Shown here: in pieces, positions 47,975 to 58,883 of the stretch
Layout of the letters: each line of letters starts with the position of its first letter
Numbering within the stretch: the stretch's first letter is position 1
Notes under the pieces: generated by a model
Databases searched by the model: none
Told to the model about the DNA's origin: nothing
The model's input: the letters and a program-made list of their open reading frames with translations, nothing else
Made by a program: the position numbers and the translations under genes
DNA from: Polyangiaceae bacterium
GTDB taxonomy: Bacteria; Myxococcota_A; Polyangia; Polyangiales; Polyangiaceae
Assembly (NCBI GenBank): GCA_965222375.1
Contig: CBDCTZ010000015.1
Coordinates: forward strand, 224,001-288,000
Direction: 5' to 3'
DNA length: 64,000 nucleotides

Positions 47975-49681
47975 ATGAAGAACTACGTCGGCCTCGCTTG
48001 CACTGTGCACGATCCGGCTGTCGCTATCGTCGATAGCAGCGGGGACGTGGTCTTTGCAGAAGGGACCGAGCGGCGCAGTCAAAACAAGCGGGCGCACCAG
48101 CGTCCCCCAGATGATCCCATCGAGATCCGCCGTATCCTGCGGAGCTATCTGGAGCCGAATGCAGAAGTAGTGGTCGCCTTGAGTTGGAGACTGCGGCGGT
48201 GGAAGAGCGTGGCAGCACGGGCGGCGTACCTAGCGTCCGAGTGGCGATTGTCCCCTCTCTTGCGGCCGACGCTGGTTGGGCAGACCAACGCCTTCGACCT
48301 GGCCGGCATGAACCTGAAGTATCGATTGCACGAAGAGGCCCCGGGGAAGAAAGAACCCGAGACCCGGGGCTACGACCACCATCTCGTGCACGCAGCGACA
48401 TCTTGCTGGTCGAGCCCATACTCGGAGGCCGTGTGCGCCGTGCTCGACGCCAACGGCGAAGCATCCTCGATGGCATTCTACGAATACCAACACGGGAAGC
48501 TGACTCGACTGGATCCCGAGCCCCTTCGAAGCTTCGGCAAGAATGGCAGTTTGGGCGCGTTCTATGCGGGGCTTTGTTTCGCCTGCGGCTTCGACCCCAT
48601 GGCGGGCGAAGAGTGGAAAGTCATGGGGCTCGCACCCTACGGCAAGAAAGACGACGCCCTGTACCGCCGCATGCGTAGTTGGTTTTCCGTGCAGGACTTG
48701 GCCCTGGAGGCGAACAACTTCGAGGTGCTGCGGCAATTCGAGGACATGCGCAAACGCCCGGGGGTCGAGCCTCTGGAGCACCGCGACCTCGCACACACCG
48801 GGCAGCTGGTCTTCGAAGACCTGGCTGCCGAGCTTCTGCAGAGCCTGGCTACCAGTGCCAGCAGCAAGAACCTGGTCTTCGCTGGAGGCTGCGCCCTCAA
48901 CTCATCTTTCAACGGCAAGATCCTCTCGCGAACGCCCTTCGAGTCCCTCTACGTGTATTCCGCACCGGCAGACGACGGAAACGCAGTCGGCGCAGCACTG
49001 CTCGCCTATCATGAAGATCATCCCGCCAGCCGTGCACCAGCACAGCCACGCTCACCGTATCTCGGCTCGGAGGTGGCAACTGAAGCGCTCGAGCGCCTGG
49101 AAAGCCTGGGCGGTTTGAAGAACACGCTGAAGAACGGCGAGAGCGCGATGCACCGGGCGGCGAAGCTACTCGCGAAGGGCAAGATCGTCGCAGTGATGCA
49201 GGGCCGGGCAGAGTTCGGCCCACGAGCACTCGGTCACCGAAGCATCTTGGCCGACCCTCGCTCGGAAACCGTGAAAGATCGCCTCAACGCCGAAGTGAAG
49301 TTCCGAGAGGAATTCCGTCCCTTTGCGCCCAGTATTCTCGCCGAATTCGTGGGCGAATGGTTCGAGGAAGGCGAGCTTTCACCGTATATGGAACGCACGC
49401 TGCGCTTTCGTCCGGAGATGGCCACGAAAGTGCCGGCGGTCGTTCATGTCGACGGAACCGGGCGCCTGCAAACGGTAACCCAGGAGATGTCGCCGAGGTT
49501 TCATGAACTCATCAGTCACTTCCACCAACTGACTTCGGTGCCGCTGGTGTTGAACACGAGCTTCAACGTGATGGGCAAACCCATCGTTCATTCCGTGGAG
49601 GATGCCGCTGCAGTGTTTTTCACTTCCGGCATCGATGCGCTAGTCATCGAGGATCGGTTGTTTAGAAAAGATGCCCGCTGA
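47975..49681 (+). CDS. Carbamoyltransferase (CmcH/NodU family)
   Basis: HDPAVA, DHHLVHA, EWKVMGLAPYG, AGGCALN, EFGPRALGHRSILADP, KFREEFRPFAP, LNTSFN. Confidence 0.93.
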   Translation: MKNYVGLACTVHDPAVAIVDSSGDVVFAEGTERRSQNKRAHQRPPDDPIEIRRILRSYLEPNAEVVVALSWRLRRWKSVAARAAYLASEWRLSPLLRPTLVGQTNAFDLAGMNLKYRLHEEAPGKKEPETRGYDHHLVHAATSCWSSPYSEAVCAVLDANGEASSMAFYEYQHGKLTRLDPEPLRSFGKNGSLGAFYAGLCFACGFDPMAGEEWKVMGLAPYGKKDDALYRRMRSWFSVQDLALEANNFEVLRQFEDMRKRPGVEPLEHRDLAHTGQLVFEDLAAELLQSLATSASSKNLVFAGGCALNSSFNGKILSRTPFESLYVYSAPADDGNAVGAALLAYHEDHPASRAPAQPRSPYLGSEVATEALERLESLGGLKNTLKNGESAMHRAAKLLAKGKIVAVMQGRAEFGPRALGHRSILADPRSETVKDRLNAEVKFREEFRPFAPSILAEFVGEWFEEGELSPYMERTLRFRPEMATKVPAVVHVDGTGRLQTVTQEMSPRFHELISHFHQLTSVPLVLNTSFNVMGKPIVHSVEDAAAVFFTSGIDALVIEDRLFRKDAR

Positions 49682-50978
49682 TCTCACAGGTTTCGGAAAA
49701 TTCGACTGGCCGACCGTGGAGCAAGCGGTCGAGCGTATTCGAGCGCGAAACTCCGAGTTGAGCGCCCTATGCCTCGACCTTTCGGCGCAAGCGCTGCGAC
49801 AGACAGCCCAGGACGATCCGCGCCAGAGCGCCTCGCCCCTTGGCGGCGTTCCCTACAGCCTAAAGGACGTTTGGGACACGACAGCGTGGCCGACGACCGC
49901 CGGCTCCCTGCGCCACCAAGGGCGGCACGGCGCTTCGGATAGTGCCTTGGTGCGCGCGCTTTCCCGCGCCGGCGCCGTTCTGGTCGGAAAGAGCAACGTT
50001 CCAGATCTGGCTGCCACTCCGGAGTGCGCCAACTTGAGCTTCGGAGTGACCAAGAACCCTCACGACATTTCGCGGACGTCTGGCGGCTCGAGCGGTGGCG
50101 CTGCCGCAGCGGTAGCCAGTGGGATGGCCGCGTTTGACTGGGGCTCGGACTTTGGTGGCAGCATCCGACTGCCCGCGGCCTTTTGTGGCGTGGTGGGGCT
50201 TCGTCTTTCCGCTCACGCCTGGCCGGTTTCGGGTCACTTTCCCTTCGTTCCACCCGAGCTCGGGCTCCACGGTCAGGGCCCCTTGGCGCGCACCGTGCCG
50301 GGCGTGCGACGAGTGAGGGACGCGCTGGCTTCCAAGTTGAGGGTGCCGCGCCCCGGCGGCTTCGAACTGCGAGGGGTGGTGGTGCTTGGTGTGGACGATT
50401 TCGCAAGGGGCGAGTGGCCCTACGCTGAAAAAGAAATCAGCGAGGCCGTTGGCGCCGCCGGCCTTCGAACGCATAAGGTGAGCCTGGCAACGCCCCGGGA
50501 GGTTCACCATGCGTTCGCTGCATTGCTGTCCGATCACTGGCGTCGCATCTTCGGTGGTCGCGCCCCCGGAGCGGCCCTCCGGGCTCTGACCATCGACTTC
50601 GGCGCGCAGCGCCTGCACCCGCATACCCGCAGGATTCTCGCCGAACTCGCGATTGCAAACGCCAGCGTCTATAGAAACCGCAGCCGAACTGCCGCAGCGG
50701 TGTCGGAGATCCGCGAACTTGCCCAAGCCGCCTTTGATCGCGGCCTGCTCGTTGCGTCTCCAACCACGACCTTCCCAGCCCCGCAGCTGGGCGGTGCTCA
50801 TGCACTGCGCAGCCTGGGTGCTTTCGTCAAGCTCGGCAACCTCCTGGATGCCACTGCCCTGGCGATCCCATTTGGGCGCTTCGCCTCCGGAATGCCACGA
50901 AGCCTGCAGCTGCTAGGGCCGGCGGCGGCGGAGGACAGCATTCTGGAGCTGGGGGAAGCGCTATTCAGCCCCAACTGA
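49671..50978 (+). CDS. Amidase-signature family protein
   Basis: LGGVPYSLKD, GGSSGGAAAAVA, GSDFGGSIRLPA. Confidence 0.88.
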   Translation: MPADLTGFGKFDWPTVEQAVERIRARNSELSALCLDLSAQALRQTAQDDPRQSASPLGGVPYSLKDVWDTTAWPTTAGSLRHQGRHGASDSALVRALSRAGAVLVGKSNVPDLAATPECANLSFGVTKNPHDISRTSGGSSGGAAAAVASGMAAFDWGSDFGGSIRLPAAFCGVVGLRLSAHAWPVSGHFPFVPPELGLHGQGPLARTVPGVRRVRDALASKLRVPRPGGFELRGVVVLGVDDFARGEWPYAEKEISEAVGAAGLRTHKVSLATPREVHHAFAALLSDHWRRIFGGRAPGAALRALTIDFGAQRLHPHTRRILAELAIANASVYRNRSRTAAAVSEIRELAQAAFDRGLLVASPTTTFPAPQLGGAHALRSLGAFVKLGNLLDATALAIPFGRFASGMPRSLQLLGPAAAEDSILELGEALFSPN

Positions 50979-51833
50979 ATTCGCGACCACTACGCCCAAG
51001 CGAGCTTTTCTCTGCTGAAGCAACACCACCACGCCTCCGGCCGCCAGTACCGCGCCAAAAGCCATCGGGGCGACTTCGATTTCTCGCTCCTCCACGCTGG
51101 TAGAAAACCGCACCACCAACAGCACGACCGCATTGTAAACGCCGTGGGCGATCACGCTCACGCTGAGTGAGTCCGTGCACAGACGAGCAAATGCGAACGC
51201 CACGCCCAGCAGCATCGTGCCAGCCGCCTGAGTGGGCTCGAGGTGAAACAGCCCGAACAGGATGCTCGGCACGACGACCGCGACAGCCATGCTATTGCGA
51301 AACGCGGCGGTGATGAGCCCGCGAAATAGAAGCTCTTCCACCACGGCAGGAACGATAGACAGGCAAACCAGCAGCAAGATGAGTTCGGCGTCCGACGCGC
51401 CTCGAGCGGCCGCCACGACAACCCGCGACGCGGTCACGTCGTTTTGAACGACGCGATGGACGAGTTCGCCTACGGTTTCCGCGAAGGGCGCCGTCCCAAA
51501 GGTGAGCATCAGAGCGCCCACGACGGCGGCGGGGCGTGGCGTCGAAAACCGGAACTCTGCCCGAGGCAAACGCAGCTTGAACCACCACAAGCCGAACGCG
51601 CACAACGCGGCAGCCTCGTTAACGAGGGTGCCCAGGGCGATCCACGTGGGGTCGTTGAGCAGGGGCGACTTGTCGGGATCCGAGAGCAGCTCCCGCGCGC
51701 CACCGCCGTGGGTGGCGGCAACGACCAATCCAAACGCAAAACTCGCCAGCAGCAGAAAAAGCGCTGCGGTCAGCCACACCAAGAGCGCCTGGAGGGGCGA
51801 AACCAACGGGCGTGATGTGCGTTCCTCGGGCAC
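50961..51833 (-). CDS. CPBP (Abi/CAAX protease-like) intramembrane metalloprotease
   Basis: EELLFRG, FGLFH, AHGVYN; multiple TM helices. Confidence 0.88.
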   Translation of the reverse strand: MPEERTSRPLVSPLQALLVWLTAALFLLLASFAFGLVVAATHGGGARELLSDPDKSPLLNDPTWIALGTLVNEAAALCAFGLWWFKLRLPRAEFRFSTPRPAAVVGALMLTFGTAPFAETVGELVHRVVQNDVTASRVVVAAARGASDAELILLLVCLSIVPAVVEELLFRGLITAAFRNSMAVAVVVPSILFGLFHLEPTQAAGTMLLGVAFAFARLCTDSLSVSVIAHGVYNAVVLLVVRFSTSVEEREIEVAPMAFGAVLAAGGVVVLLQQRKARLGVVVANSVGAE

Positions 51834-52012
51834 GAACCCGCGAGCCTAGCTCGCCTGGTCGGGCGCGTCGCCGCCGCAGACTCGAGCAAATCCGCATGGG
51901 CCTTCCTGCCGCGTATCACCCCGTGCTCAAACGGCTTTTTGCCTGGCCGGAAACAAACCGCCGCTTTCGTGCCGAATGAAATGGCCTGAGGTATCGTCCA
52001 CCGAAGACGAAC

Positions 52013-52810
52013 ATGAAAGCTCGCGGACTCATATTTCTCGCCTTAGGCATCAGTTTCCTGGCGTGCAGCAGTGAAAAAAGCGGCAGCCCAGCCGTGGACC
52101 CCTACCGCTCGGAGGACTCCTTCTGCGGCGAGTGGGCCAAAGCTGCCTGCAACAAGACCGTGGTGGACAAATGCTCGGGCGGCGGCGACAACACCGCTGC
52201 TTGCGCGCAGAAGCAGGCCAGCTGGTGCCTGTCGGCATTGCCCGAGAACTACTCCCCCAAGAAGGCGAAGGCCTGCGTGGACGCAGTCCGCAAGGCTTAC
52301 GCGGACTCCAAGCTCACCGCTGAAGAGATCAAGATCGTGCGGTTCTTTGCCGAGCCCTGCCACCAGCTGAGCCAGGGGCCGAAGTCTGAAGGTGACACAT
52401 GCACGCGAACGTCGGATTGCGACACCATCGCAGACGTAAACTGCATCATTCGCCCGGGCGAGGCGGAAGGCAGCTGTGAAACCGCCATCGAAGCAGGTGG
52501 CGGGGACCCTTGTAGCGACAAGAATGTGATCTGCGCGGATACGCACTACTGCGACGGTGCCAATTGTCTAACCAAGCTGCAGGAAGGCAAGACTTGCGAC
52601 GCGACCATGCCATGTGCTCCCGGTTTACGTTGCGTCGACATGTCTGGAACCTTCACATGCGTTGCCAAGCTGGGAACCGCGGCCGTCTGCACTGTGGACG
52701 ACGAGTGCGTCAGTGGAGTCTGTGCAAAGGGCACCGGTGCCGCGGACGGAAAGTGTGTGGAAAACCTCGAACTCGGTGTAACCGTCGCCCTCTGCGACGA
52801 CCTCTCCTGA
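52013..52810 (+). CDS. Cys-rich lipoprotein
   Basis: FLAC lipobox; repeated GxxC...C units. Confidence 0.75.
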   Translation: MKARGLIFLALGISFLACSSEKSGSPAVDPYRSEDSFCGEWAKAACNKTVVDKCSGGGDNTAACAQKQASWCLSALPENYSPKKAKACVDAVRKAYADSKLTAEEIKIVRFFAEPCHQLSQGPKSEGDTCTRTSDCDTIADVNCIIRPGEAEGSCETAIEAGGGDPCSDKNVICADTHYCDGANCLTKLQEGKTCDATMPCAPGLRCVDMSGTFTCVAKLGTAAVCTVDDECVSGVCAKGTGAADGKCVENLELGVTVALCDDLS

Positions 52811-52904
52811 ATCATCCCGAGCCCGCACCCAGGCAATTGCCGCAATCTGCGGCATGGTGCTTCTCAGCTTGACCGCACGCCCGCGGGGGCGTTTCAATCC
52901 CCGC

Positions 52905-53675
52905 ATGTCGCGCGCAGGTCAGATTGGGGTTGGGATCTTGAGTGCTCTGTTGCCGTTTGCTTCGGGCTGCGACGACAGTCCACCCCCCAAGAACCCCTTC
53001 GACCCGTCCCCCTCGGCCACCAAAGCGCCGCCCCCGATCAAGGAGACTCCAAAGCCCAAAGGTGCCCCGCACCTGAGCATCGACGACCTGGGGCCAAAAA
53101 TAGGCTTCAGTCGCGTTCTATTGGACAAGCCTGAAGGCCGCGCGAAGCTGGACAAAGAGCTCGAGGAGAACAAGGCGCACTTCGACGGAAAAGAAGCGAC
53201 GCTGACCATTATTCGCAAGGCAAAGCTGGCTCACGTGGTCAGCATGGTCGAGGCGCTAGAGAAGATCGGTGCGACCAAGATCATCATCAAGACCGACACG
53301 CGCAAAGAGTACCCAGCTCAGCTCGCTTTCACCCCGCAAGGCAAAGCAGAGGAGCTGGCATCCTGCACGGTCGTTGGCATGGTCCTCGCAGATCGCGGCA
53401 CGGCAATCTGGAAGATCGCGGGTGGAACGGCGAGCAAGCGAACCAAGGGCTTCGCCGGCCCCGACCTCACGATGACCGGAGAGACCATCGAGCGCTACGC
53501 CAAGGCTTGCAAGAACTCCTCGACCTTCCTGGTCTCCGCTGCTGAAGAGATCGAGTGGGGCCTCGTGTACGACCTGGCGGCATCTACCAAAAAGCTCGAA
53601 GATGCCAAGTTCGACCGCTATGTGCTGCTGTTGGAGACACCCATCGCTGGCAGAAAAGTCAACGTCGGCGGCTAA
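52905..53675 (+). CDS. Lipoprotein with ExbD/TolR-like periplasmic fold
   Basis: ASGC lipobox; IIRKAKLAHVVSMVEALEKIGATKI resembles the ExbD C domain. Confidence 0.45.
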   Translation: MSRAGQIGVGILSALLPFASGCDDSPPPKNPFDPSPSATKAPPPIKETPKPKGAPHLSIDDLGPKIGFSRVLLDKPEGRAKLDKELEENKAHFDGKEATLTIIRKAKLAHVVSMVEALEKIGATKIIIKTDTRKEYPAQLAFTPQGKAEELASCTVVGMVLADRGTAIWKIAGGTASKRTKGFAGPDLTMTGETIERYAKACKNSSTFLVSAAEEIEWGLVYDLAASTKKLEDAKFDRYVLLLETPIAGRKVNVGG

Positions 53676-53705
53676 CGGAACGCCGACCTGGGTTATATTC
53701 CCGCC

Positions 53706-54317
53706 GTGAAATTTCGAACCTTGCTGCTAGGCCATCGAGACGACCATCAGAAAGAGCGGCTCACGGATACGCTCGATCGCATGGATCCACAGAGCCGGCT
53801 GTGGACGGCTATGAGTATCACCAAGGAGGAGCAGCGCGCGTTGTGGGAGATGTTTGAGTCGGACAGTTCCGATGCGGCGCAGTTCGTTCCGACGGGCACG
53901 GACCCGCTCAAGGAAGTGATCCACCATGGAAAGAACACGCTGCCAGCGTTCAACTTCTTTCAGAAGCGCTTCTGCTTGAGCGACGACGGTTCGGGTGATC
54001 TCTGGGGCTACAACCACGGCGAAACCGCTTTCGCGACCGGCCCCGGCTACTACGTGGCGCATCCCACAGGTGATGAAGAGAAGCCGCCGTCGGGCTTCGT
54101 CATCGACTACACTCGATTGCCTAAGAAGAAGCCCGATAGTTGGCCCGAGATTCTGAAGAACGAAGCCAAGCTTGGGAGGTTCGTCTACTCCGGGATGAAG
54201 GACTACATGCGGAAGGTCAGCGAGCATGTATCCATCGGCCGCGCCTACAAGGGCGGCAAACCCATGAACGCCTGGTTCTTGCTGTGTCGAGAGGACCCAG
54301 CCGAAGACGACTCCTGA
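53706..54317 (+). CDS. Hypothetical protein
   Basis: 203-aa ORF with GC3-biased codons, co-oriented with its neighbours. Confidence 0.65.
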   Translation: MKFRTLLLGHRDDHQKERLTDTLDRMDPQSRLWTAMSITKEEQRALWEMFESDSSDAAQFVPTGTDPLKEVIHHGKNTLPAFNFFQKRFCLSDDGSGDLWGYNHGETAFATGPGYYVAHPTGDEEKPPSGFVIDYTRLPKKKPDSWPEILKNEAKLGRFVYSGMKDYMRKVSEHVSIGRAYKGGKPMNAWFLLCREDPAEDDS

Positions 54318-54392
54318 ACCTCTGGCCACGCAAATCCGAGTAATTTTCCCGAAACTGCGCAGGCTGGCGGGTTTCGAGCTATCGTCACGGTA

Positions 54393-56669
54393 ATGGCAGC
54401 CGGGTCGCGTACGCTAGGTCGCTACGAACTCATCTCCGAGTTGGCCAAGGGTCAACTCGGGTCCATCTGGTCCGCCAAGACGACCGGCAGCGACGGAGAC
54501 GTGAAGCTGGCGATGATTCGGCGGGTGCCCACGAGCGCTCCGGTCACCAAGGACGAGATCGACCAACTCTCCGAGGGCGCCTGGTGGGCCCTGGAGCTGG
54601 TGCACGACAACGTCGCGCGCACCACCGACGTCGTCATGGTCGACGGCGAGCTGGGCGTTGCAATGGAATATGTCGAGGGCGAAGTGCTTCGCTCGCTGTT
54701 ACGGCTCGCCAGTTTCAAGCGCAAAGCCATCCCGGTCGCGGTCGGCATCCGCATTGCGCTGGACGCCCTAGAAGCGATCGGTCTGCTGGCTGCGGACGCG
54801 CCTCCCATCAGCGGCGCAGGGCACAGCCTCGGCTTCGGTGGGCTCGTGCCAGACAGCCTGCTCGTAGGTTCGGATGGCACGACGCGGGTGATGGATGCCG
54901 GAGTGTCAGCGGCTGCATCGCATATTCAGCCCCTGAACCGCCATCCGGAAATGACCGCCTACGCGTCACCAGAACAATTGGAAGGCGAGGTGCTGGACCA
55001 ACGGGCTAGCGTGTACGCCATCGGCGCGATGCTTTGGGAGATGCTCGCTGGCAAACGCCTGTATGTGGGTTCGACTCAATCCGCAGTCGCCGAGAAAGTG
55101 AAGGCCGGCGGTGCGGCCCGCCTGGACGCTCACAAACCCGTGGGCGGCGAGGAGATCTCCGCGGAGATTGCCGACATCGTTGAAAAGGCCTTGGCCACGA
55201 ATCGAGACGACCGCTACGAAAGCGCCGAGGCGTTCGCCACTGCTTTGAAAGAAGCTTCCAACGTGGCCGACCATGCCGACGTCGGGAAGTTCGTGGAGGA
55301 GCTTGCAGGCAACACCTTGAACACCCGGCGCAAAGTCATCGAGCGTGCCTCCGGGAGCGGGCCCAAGGTCGCAGCGAAGGCCGCGGCCAAGCCGGCCGCG
55401 ACGCCGAAACCTCGCGGCGCCGCTAAAAGCCCGAAGTCACCCGCGGCGGCACCGCCGGCGAAACCCGCCGCCGCACAGAGCCCCAAGCCCCCCGGGGCGG
55501 CACTTCCACCAAAACCCGTTGCCCGGGGCGCCAAACCGCCCGCACGCAAACAAACCCTTCTGGGTATTGCGCCGGCCGCGGAGGTGCCCCCGCCACCGGC
55601 CCGCGACAAGCTGGAATCCCTGGACTCCGAACTGCTGGAGGTCATGGAGGATTCCGGCTCAATCGACGTCAAATCCCTCACCAAAGAGGCTCAGGACAAG
55701 AGCGCGGCGACGGACGACTCGACCGAGGATGCGGACGAGGCCGAGAGCAATCCCTTCGAAGCCGCGGCGGCAGCGGGCGTCGGTGGCGCGCCTTGGAACA
55801 TGACTGCCACAGCGGGCTCGAAAGAAGAGGAGGAAGACGACGCCAAAGCCGCTGATGGCGAAGCCGGACAGGCAAATGCAGGCAAAGAGGCAGATCGCGC
55901 AGAAGCGAACAAGCCCATCAAGACCCAACTCTTCGGTACTCCCGCAGACGCGAACCAAGAGCCCCCGGCCTCGTTGGATCCGGACAATCTCGAGCCGATT
56001 TCCATTTCCGACATCTCCGAAGATTCCAAGAAAGGCGAAGACGAGAGCGCCAACGCCCAGGCCGTATCGGCAAAGCTTCCACCCCGTGGGCTCGATCAGC
56101 CTCAGCCTTCCAAGCCCGTCATCATCGTGGACGACTCGAAGGCAGAATCCGCCGATGACGACGACGACAAAGAAGAAAAAGAGGAGTCCGAGAAGGACGA
56201 CTCGGCCGTCGCGTGGATTGGGCCTCCGCCCGGCGAAGCGCTGGCTGATGTAGACCTCGACGAATCTGAGCCACCGGTCTCCATCCGCACCAAGAAGGCG
56301 CGCAAGATGGTGACCTACATCATGGCTGGTCTTGGCGGGGTCGTCTTGATTGGCATTATCGTCGTGGCCCTGAGGGGCGGCGACGAGGAGCCGACCAACG
56401 AAACCGTCAAGGAACAACCAACTGCGTCGGCCCCCGCGAAAGCTGAGCCGGCGCCCAAGCCCCCTGAGCCTCCGAAGGAAGAGCCCAAGGAGCAGCCCAA
56501 GGAAGAACCCAAAGAGGAGCCGGAGGAGGAGCCCGAAGAGGAGCCGGAAGCTGCGCCCGAACCGGCGCCCAAGCCCGTATCCCGGCCTACAACCAGTCGG
56601 CCCCGTCCGCGGCCACGGCCACGGCCACGACCCAAACCCAAACCAACCTTCACCCCGAAGGGGATCTGA
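54393..56669 (+). CDS. Membrane Ser/Thr kinase-like protein (probable pseudokinase)
   Basis: LGRYELISEL, AMEYVEG, YASPEQ, VYAIGAMLWEML; catalytic motifs degenerate; TM helix and Pro-rich tail ending FTPKGI. Confidence 0.85.
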   Translation: MAAGSRTLGRYELISELAKGQLGSIWSAKTTGSDGDVKLAMIRRVPTSAPVTKDEIDQLSEGAWWALELVHDNVARTTDVVMVDGELGVAMEYVEGEVLRSLLRLASFKRKAIPVAVGIRIALDALEAIGLLAADAPPISGAGHSLGFGGLVPDSLLVGSDGTTRVMDAGVSAAASHIQPLNRHPEMTAYASPEQLEGEVLDQRASVYAIGAMLWEMLAGKRLYVGSTQSAVAEKVKAGGAARLDAHKPVGGEEISAEIADIVEKALATNRDDRYESAEAFATALKEASNVADHADVGKFVEELAGNTLNTRRKVIERASGSGPKVAAKAAAKPAATPKPRGAAKSPKSPAAAPPAKPAAAQSPKPPGAALPPKPVARGAKPPARKQTLLGIAPAAEVPPPPARDKLESLDSELLEVMEDSGSIDVKSLTKEAQDKSAATDDSTEDADEAESNPFEAAAAAGVGGAPWNMTATAGSKEEEEDDAKAADGEAGQANAGKEADRAEANKPIKTQLFGTPADANQEPPASLDPDNLEPISISDISEDSKKGEDESANAQAVSAKLPPRGLDQPQPSKPVIIVDDSKAESADDDDDKEEKEESEKDDSAVAWIGPPPGEALADVDLDESEPPVSIRTKKARKMVTYIMAGLGGVVLIGIIVVALRGGDEEPTNETVKEQPTASAPAKAEPAPKPPEPPKEEPKEQPKEEPKEEPEEEPEEEPEAAPEPAPKPVSRPTTSRPRPRPRPRPRPKPKPTFTPKGI

Positions 56670-56678
56670 GAGAAACTC

Positions 56679-57704
56679 ATGCGCATGGCTGGACGGCGTC
56701 CGCTTCGACTAGTTCGCTCCTGTACTTTGAGTTTGGCCCTCGCCCTCGGCGCGGGGCTTTGCCTCGCTCAAGGCGCAAGCCTGGATACGGCAACCGCTGC
56801 CCAGAAAACGGCGGCGCAGAAAGCGTTCTTGAAAGGCGCCAAGGCTTCGAAGAAAGGCAAGCACGAAGAGGCACTCGCGGGTTTCAAGGAAAGCTACGAC
56901 GCCGTCGCGAGCCCCAACTCGCATCTGATGTATGCGCGCGAGCTGGTCGCCCTGGAGCGCTACGCCGAGGCCTATCAAGAGTTCGAGAAGATCATTCCCG
57001 AGGCTCAGGCGGCCGCAAGCATCGACAAGAAGTACCAGCAAGCGGCGGATGCCGCCCGGGCTGACATGTCGGAACTCGAGTCCAAGATCGCCCTCGTCAC
57101 CGTCACAGGCGCCGGGGAAGGGGATATCATCCGCGTGCAAGGCCAGGAGGTGCCCAAGGAGCGTTGGGGGCAGCCGGTTGCGGTGATGCCTGGCAGCGTG
57201 AAAGTCGAACTCGTCAGTTCTTCAGGTCGAGAGACCTCGAAAGAAGTGGACGCCGCAGCCGGTGCACGCGTGGACGTGGACATGACTGCAGTTGCCGGGC
57301 CTGCGCCCGAAACTCCGAAGGAAGAGGGGACCGTCTCCACGGATTCCAGCAAGTGGGACAAGCGAACCTGGGCGTATGTCGCCGGCGGCGTAGGGGTCGC
57401 GGGAATCGTGACCTTCGGCGTGTTCGGCGCCTTGGCCAACTCCAAACACAGCAAGTTGGAGGACGAATGCGGCAGCGGTGCCTGCCCAAGCAATTTGGAA
57501 GGCGACCGTGATACGGGCCAAACCTATCAGACCGTCGCAAATGTAGGACTCGTCGTCGGTATCGTCGGTCTGGGCGCAGGGACAGCCCTCTACTTGATGA
57601 GCGACGAGAAATCCGAGAAGCAGGCGCGCAAAAAGCCCGCACCGAAGCCTCGCGTCGATGTGGGCGTGGGCTATCAGTCCGTGACCGTCTTCGGCACCTT
57701 TTGA
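56679..57704 (+). CDS. Secreted/membrane TPR + PEGA-like protein
   Basis: Signal peptide, TPR-like helices, beta domain, two Gly-rich TM segments, terminal GTF. Confidence 0.7.
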   Translation: MRMAGRRPLRLVRSCTLSLALALGAGLCLAQGASLDTATAAQKTAAQKAFLKGAKASKKGKHEEALAGFKESYDAVASPNSHLMYARELVALERYAEAYQEFEKIIPEAQAAASIDKKYQQAADAARADMSELESKIALVTVTGAGEGDIIRVQGQEVPKERWGQPVAVMPGSVKVELVSSSGRETSKEVDAAAGARVDVDMTAVAGPAPETPKEEGTVSTDSSKWDKRTWAYVAGGVGVAGIVTFGVFGALANSKHSKLEDECGSGACPSNLEGDRDTGQTYQTVANVGLVVGIVGLGAGTALYLMSDEKSEKQARKKPAPKPRVDVGVGYQSVTVFGTF

Positions 57705-57812
57705 GCAAATCTCTCTGAGTTTGCGAAAGTCGGGCATGAGTTCGGCCGCCCGCGTGTTCGGCTTGACGTCGAGGGCACCGGGACACAACACTCGGGATCC
57801 CGACCTTCCATC

Positions 57813-58883
57813 ATGGCCACCGCTAAGACACGGAAACGCAAGGCAAAACGGGCGAAAGCACCGTCGATGCCCGAATCAGATACCGGCTCTGCGGATGCGG
57901 AAGATGGCGACGGAGAACTGACCGACGACGCCATCGAGCGAGAGGGCGTCATCGAGACGACCGCCGAGGTCATGGACGACAAGGACCTGAGCAAGGTCGT
58001 CAAGAAGAAGAGCACCGAAACGGCAATAAGCCGTGTCGACCCGATGCAGATCTACATGCGGGAGGTGCAGCGCCACCCGCTGCTCACGCCGCAAGAGGAG
58101 CATGAGCTCGCCGTCCGCTACGCGGAGACCCAGGACGTAGAAGCCGCCGCCCGCATGGTCACGGCCAACCTTCGGCTAGTGGTGAAGATTGCCTACGAGT
58201 ATCGGCGCGCCTACCGCAACATGATGGATCTCGTTCAGGAGGGGAACATCGGCCTGATGCAGGCCGTGAAGCGCTACGACCCATATCGCGGAGTGAAGTT
58301 GTCCAGCTACTCCGCCTGGTGGATCCGGGCCTACATCCTGCGATTCATCCTGAACAACTGGCGCATGGTGAAGATCGGCACCACCCAGGCTCAACGCAAG
58401 TTGTTCTTCAACTTGAACAAGGAGAAGGCAAAGCTCACGGCAATGGGCATCGAACCGACCCATGCCGAAATCGCCAAACGCTTGAACGTCGGCGAGAAGG
58501 AAGTCGTGGAGATGGATCGTCGCCTATCACGTGGCGACGCCTCGTTGGATGCACCCGTCGGTGAGTCCGATGGACGCCAAACCAGTCGCGTGGAGCTGCT
58601 TCCATCCTCTAGCCGCGGCCCCGGAGAATTGGCCGAGAGCATGGAAATCCAGGACATTGTTCGGCAAAAGCTGGACGAATTCCGGGAGACCTTGTCGGGC
58701 AAAGACTTGAGTATCTTCAACAAGCGCCTGGTCGCCGAAGACCCGCTGACTCTGCAGCAGTTGGGAGATGAGTTCGGTGTTTCCAGGGAGCGGGTGCGCC
58801 AACTGGAAGCGCGCCTGACGGGCAAGTTGCGCACCTTCCTGCGCGAGACCCTTGGGGATGCCGTGGGCGTTGGCGGGCAATGA
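57813..58883 (+). CDS. RNA polymerase sigma factor, RpoH/sigma-32 family
   Basis: [27 protein letters not shown], RpoH box [22 protein letters not shown]. Confidence 0.92.
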   Translation: MATAKTRKRKAKRAKAPSMPESDTGSADAEDGDGELTDDAIEREGVIETTAEVMDDKDLSKVVKKKSTETAISRVDPMQIYMREVQRHPLLTPQEEHELAVRYAETQDVEAAARMVTANLRLVVKIAYEYRRAYRNMMDLVQEGNIGLMQAVKRYDPYRGVKLSSYSAWWIRAYILRFILNNWRMVKIGTTQAQRKLFFNLNKEKAKLTAMGIEPTHAEIAKRLNVGEKEVVEMDRRLSRGDASLDAPVGESDGRQTSRVELLPSSSRGPGELAESMEIQDIVRQKLDEFRETLSGKDLSIFNKRLVAEDPLTLQQLGDEFGVSRERVRQLEARLTGKLRTFLRETLGDAVGVGGQ

